From NCBI GenBank assembly GCA_043228905.1, contig JBHGNT010000018.1:10292001-10356000 (forward strand): a stretch of 64,000 nt of DNA, written 5' to 3'. The stretch comes from Azolla caroliniana (lineage: Eukaryota > Plantae > Polypodiophyta). The position numbers and the translations under genes are program-made. Positions 61,035-64,000 of this stretch are shown here, piece by piece; position 1 is the first letter of the stretch, and each line of letters begins with the position of its first letter. The notes beneath the pieces were generated by a model. The model had not been told where the DNA came from. It was given only the letters and a program-made list of their open reading frames with translations, and made no database searches.

Positions 61035-62162
61035 ATGGAGTCGGTCAGCAAGCAAGAGTATATGTGTGTCCTTTCGGAGCTCGATATGCTCACCACTAAG
61101 TTTGTGGCATTAGAGCAAGAAAATCAAAGGCTACTCGGGGATCTTCAACAAGTCAGTACTGAGAAAGCTCATCAATATGAGGAGTTATCACAACGGGTTC
61201 ATCAACTTGAGGCTACTATATTAACATTACGAGAACAAGCGGCGGGGGTTCAAAACTCCCCAAGGGAACCAAAGATTAGCCTCCCTGCCAAGTTTGATGG
61301 TACCAGATCTCTCTTTCGAGGTTTCCTGAATCAAGTTCGTTTGGTGATTCAGTTACATCCCAATCGGTATCCAACTGATGCTGCCCGTGTGGGATTAATA
61401 GGAACCTTGCTAAGCGGTACAGCGTTAGCATGGTTTGCACCACTTCTTGAGAAGAAATCACCATTACTGGAGGATTTCGAGGCATTCGTTAAGGAGTTTC
61501 AAGCTAGTTTTGGAGATACGGATAGCACTAGGACTGCAATAAACAAGATTCGAAGACTCCGACAAGGAGATCGTCCCGCTTCAGCTTATGCCGCAGATTT
61601 CCGTCTCTTGGCATGCGACATCCCTTGGGATGAGGCAGCCTTAATGGATCAATTCCGTCAGGGTTTGCGTAACGATGTCAAAGATCTTCTTCTTACTTTC
61701 CATGAAGATCCAAAGTCTCTTACTGAAGCTATTAGCCGAGCTGTGCGATGTGATAATCGCCTATTTGAGCGACGTTCTGAACGTCAACAAATGTTACGCC
61801 GCCAACCGGAACAGACATACGCTTCTATAGTCGCCACACCGCCACAAGGTTCTAGACCCGTTACGAGGGATGGTCCCACTCCGATGGAAATAGAGTCGAC
61901 ACAACGTCGAGGGCCCTTATCAAATGCTGAGAAACAACGACGTCGGGCGCATCGCCTATGCCTCTACTGTGGTGGTCCAGGACATATAGCTGTGAATTGT
62001 CCACATAAACCCAGGCGTCAAGTTTACCAAGTAAGTGCACATGACAACCCTACATCAAGTTCTACTATCACTTCTAATAACTTAAGTACTAAGCCTAATA
62101 GCCCATGCCATGAGAATAGATTTGATGTCTTGAGCCAATTAGAGGATGTGTTAAACGAATAA
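61035..62162 (+). CDS. Gag, 375 aa (N-terminal coiled coil, capsid-like domain, CCHC knuckle)
   Basis: [37 protein letters not shown]. Confidence 0.92.
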   Translation: MESVSKQEYMCVLSELDMLTTKFVALEQENQRLLGDLQQVSTEKAHQYEELSQRVHQLEATILTLREQAAGVQNSPREPKISLPAKFDGTRSLFRGFLNQVRLVIQLHPNRYPTDAARVGLIGTLLSGTALAWFAPLLEKKSPLLEDFEAFVKEFQASFGDTDSTRTAINKIRRLRQGDRPASAYAADFRLLACDIPWDEAALMDQFRQGLRNDVKDLLLTFHEDPKSLTEAISRAVRCDNRLFERRSERQQMLRRQPEQTYASIVATPPQGSRPVTRDGPTPMEIESTQRRGPLSNAEKQRRRAHRLCLYCGGPGHIAVNCPHKPRRQVYQVSAHDNPTSSSTITSNNLSTKPNSPCHENRFDVLSQLEDVLNE

Positions 62163-64000
62163 GTCCGGCCAAAATAGGAGCCATTTTGTTGGACCATCCT
62201 AGTTATGTAGAGTCAGTACCTAGTTGTGGTTCCATTTCATCAAATCAAGTTAGTAGAGTTTTTTCTGCACAAGTCGAGCTTAGCACATCTACAGGTCATC
62301 GCGCCCTAGCCTCTGCCCTCCTAGATTCCGGAGCCAATTCTTGTTTCATGGATCGCGAGTTTGCATTGACTCAAAACATCATCTTGAAAAAACTCCCAAA
62401 CCCAGTAGCTGTAGGAGTCATCGATGGTCGCCCTATAGCATCAGGAGATATAGTCGAAGAGTCTGAACCAATTCGTGTAGTCCTAGGTAATTTGGCTAGT
62501 GTCATCTCATTTAACATCATTAGTAGTCCGGAGCACTCTCTAGTTCTTGGTCTTCCTTGGTTTGAGTTACATAACCCAACCATTGATTGGAGAAAAAGAA
62601 CTATTGAAGAGGTCACCGTACAATCCAAGTCTCTTGAAGCTCCAACTAAAGATCTAGGATCCCCCACAATTTCAACAATCTCTATACATCAATTACGAGA
62701 GGATGGAAGAAAGGAAGACATGATGGTATTTGCGGTTTTAGCAACTCCCTCATCTAGCTCACAAGAATTGGGGGTCCAACTACCAAAGAAGTACATAGAA
62801 TTCTCCGATGTGTTCGATAAGGTGAAGGCTAATAGACTACCAGAGCATCGACCATATGATTGCCCAATTGATTTGCAGCCAGGAAAAGAGCCACCATGGG
62901 GACCAATTTATAATCTTTCGCCCACGGAGTTAGAGGTTCTTCGAGAATATATCAATGAGAACTTGGCAAATGGTTTTATCCAACATTCAAAATCTCCTGC
63001 TGGTGCACCCATCTTTTTCGTTAAGAAGAAAGATGGTACGCTTCGTATGGTCGTGGATTATCGAGGCTTGAATAAAGTGACCGTTAGAAACCGATATGCT
63101 CTCCCATTGATCTCAAGCCTTCTAGAACGCCTCAGTGAAGCAAAGTATTTCACGAAGTTAGATCTTCGAGGTGCCTACAACCTTGTTCGAATTCGTCCTG
63201 GGGATGAATGGAAGACGGCGTTCCGCACTCGCTATGGTCATTTTGAGTACACAGTGATGCCTTTTGGCCTCACGAATGCACCAGCAGTCTTCCAACATAT
63301 GGCGAATGATATTTTTCGAGACTTCCTCGATATCTTCATCATTGTTTACCTGGATGATATCTTGATCTACTCAAAAACTCAAGAAGAACATGATATACAT
63401 GTTCGCCAAGTTTTGCAACGGCTACGAGAGTATGGTCTCTATGCAAAATTGGAGAAGTGTAGTTTCGACCAATGTCAAGTGGAGTTTTTGGGGTACATAG
63501 TCTCTTCAAATGGCATCTCTATGGATCCATCAAAGGTTCAAACAATTTTGGATTGGCAAACACCACAGTCCGTGCGAGATGTGCAATGTTTTTTGGGGTT
63601 CGCAAACTTTTATCGCAAGTTCATCAAAGATTATTCAAAAATTGTGTTGCCCCTCACTCAACTGACGCACAAGAATCGACCATTTGTATGGAGTATAGAT
63701 GCGAACTCTGCATTTGAGGGTTTAAAGCAAGCATTTACATCCGCACCAATCTTAATCCATGTTGATCCAATGAGGCGCTTTATACTTGAAGCTGATGCAT
63801 CGGATTTCGCACTCGGAAGTGTACTATCCCAAATTGGTGATGATGGTGAACTGCACCCGGTGGCTTTTCACTCACGAAAATTTGAAGCCGCAGAAATCAA
63901 CTATGAGATTCACGACAAAGAGCTTCTTGCCATTGTGGATTCTTTTCAACAATGGCGTCATTTTCTGGAGGGTTCTTCTCAGCAGATTATTGTCTACAAT
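62150..64000 (+). CDS. Pol (protease, RT, RNase H; partial) in the -1 frame relative to gag
   Basis: The frame from 62150 reads [47 protein letters not shown]. The ORF track reports no stop, consistent with the frame running off the window end. Confidence 0.88.

Larger units (their letters stand above)
60401..64000 (+). mobile_element. Tcn1-like chromovirus, element B (5' LTR 60401-60949, gag, pol); continues past the window end
   Basis: TGTCATGA..CACGACA LTR; TATA at 60678; HSEs at 60561-60662; self-priming PBS at 60952-60962; gag and pol homologous to element A. Confidence 0.93.

Overview
Eukaryotic plant genomic DNA. A fern or other non-seed plant is inferred from the retrotransposon families, not proven. 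Two intact intron-containing host genes lie on the minus strand: a long-chain alcohol oxidase (FAO, GMC family; 4 exons, 23468-26564) and a SYP2/VAM3-type syntaxin (7 exons, 34607-41161). Most of the rest is nested LTR retrotransposons. These include a young Athila-like Ty3/gypsy element (13019-22895) with an intact 1949-aa gag-pol, a ~900-codon extra 3' ORF and no canonical PPT, and a deleted relative of it at 1-4308. There are also several Ty1/copia remnants, Reina/Tekay-type chromoviruses, and two diverged Tcn1-like chromoviruses (43448-49163 minus; 60401 to window end, plus). The two Tcn1-like families share four cis modules: (1) an 11-nt self-priming PBS complementary to the predicted transcript 5' end, with compensatory base changes between the families; (2) heat-shock-element arrays just upstream of the TATA box; (3) an antisense tRNA-derived A-box/B-box cassette at the start of U3; (4) a slippery heptamer plus H-type pseudoknot joining gag to pol in the -1 frame. 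All coordinates and mismatch counts were read by eye; no database searches were run.
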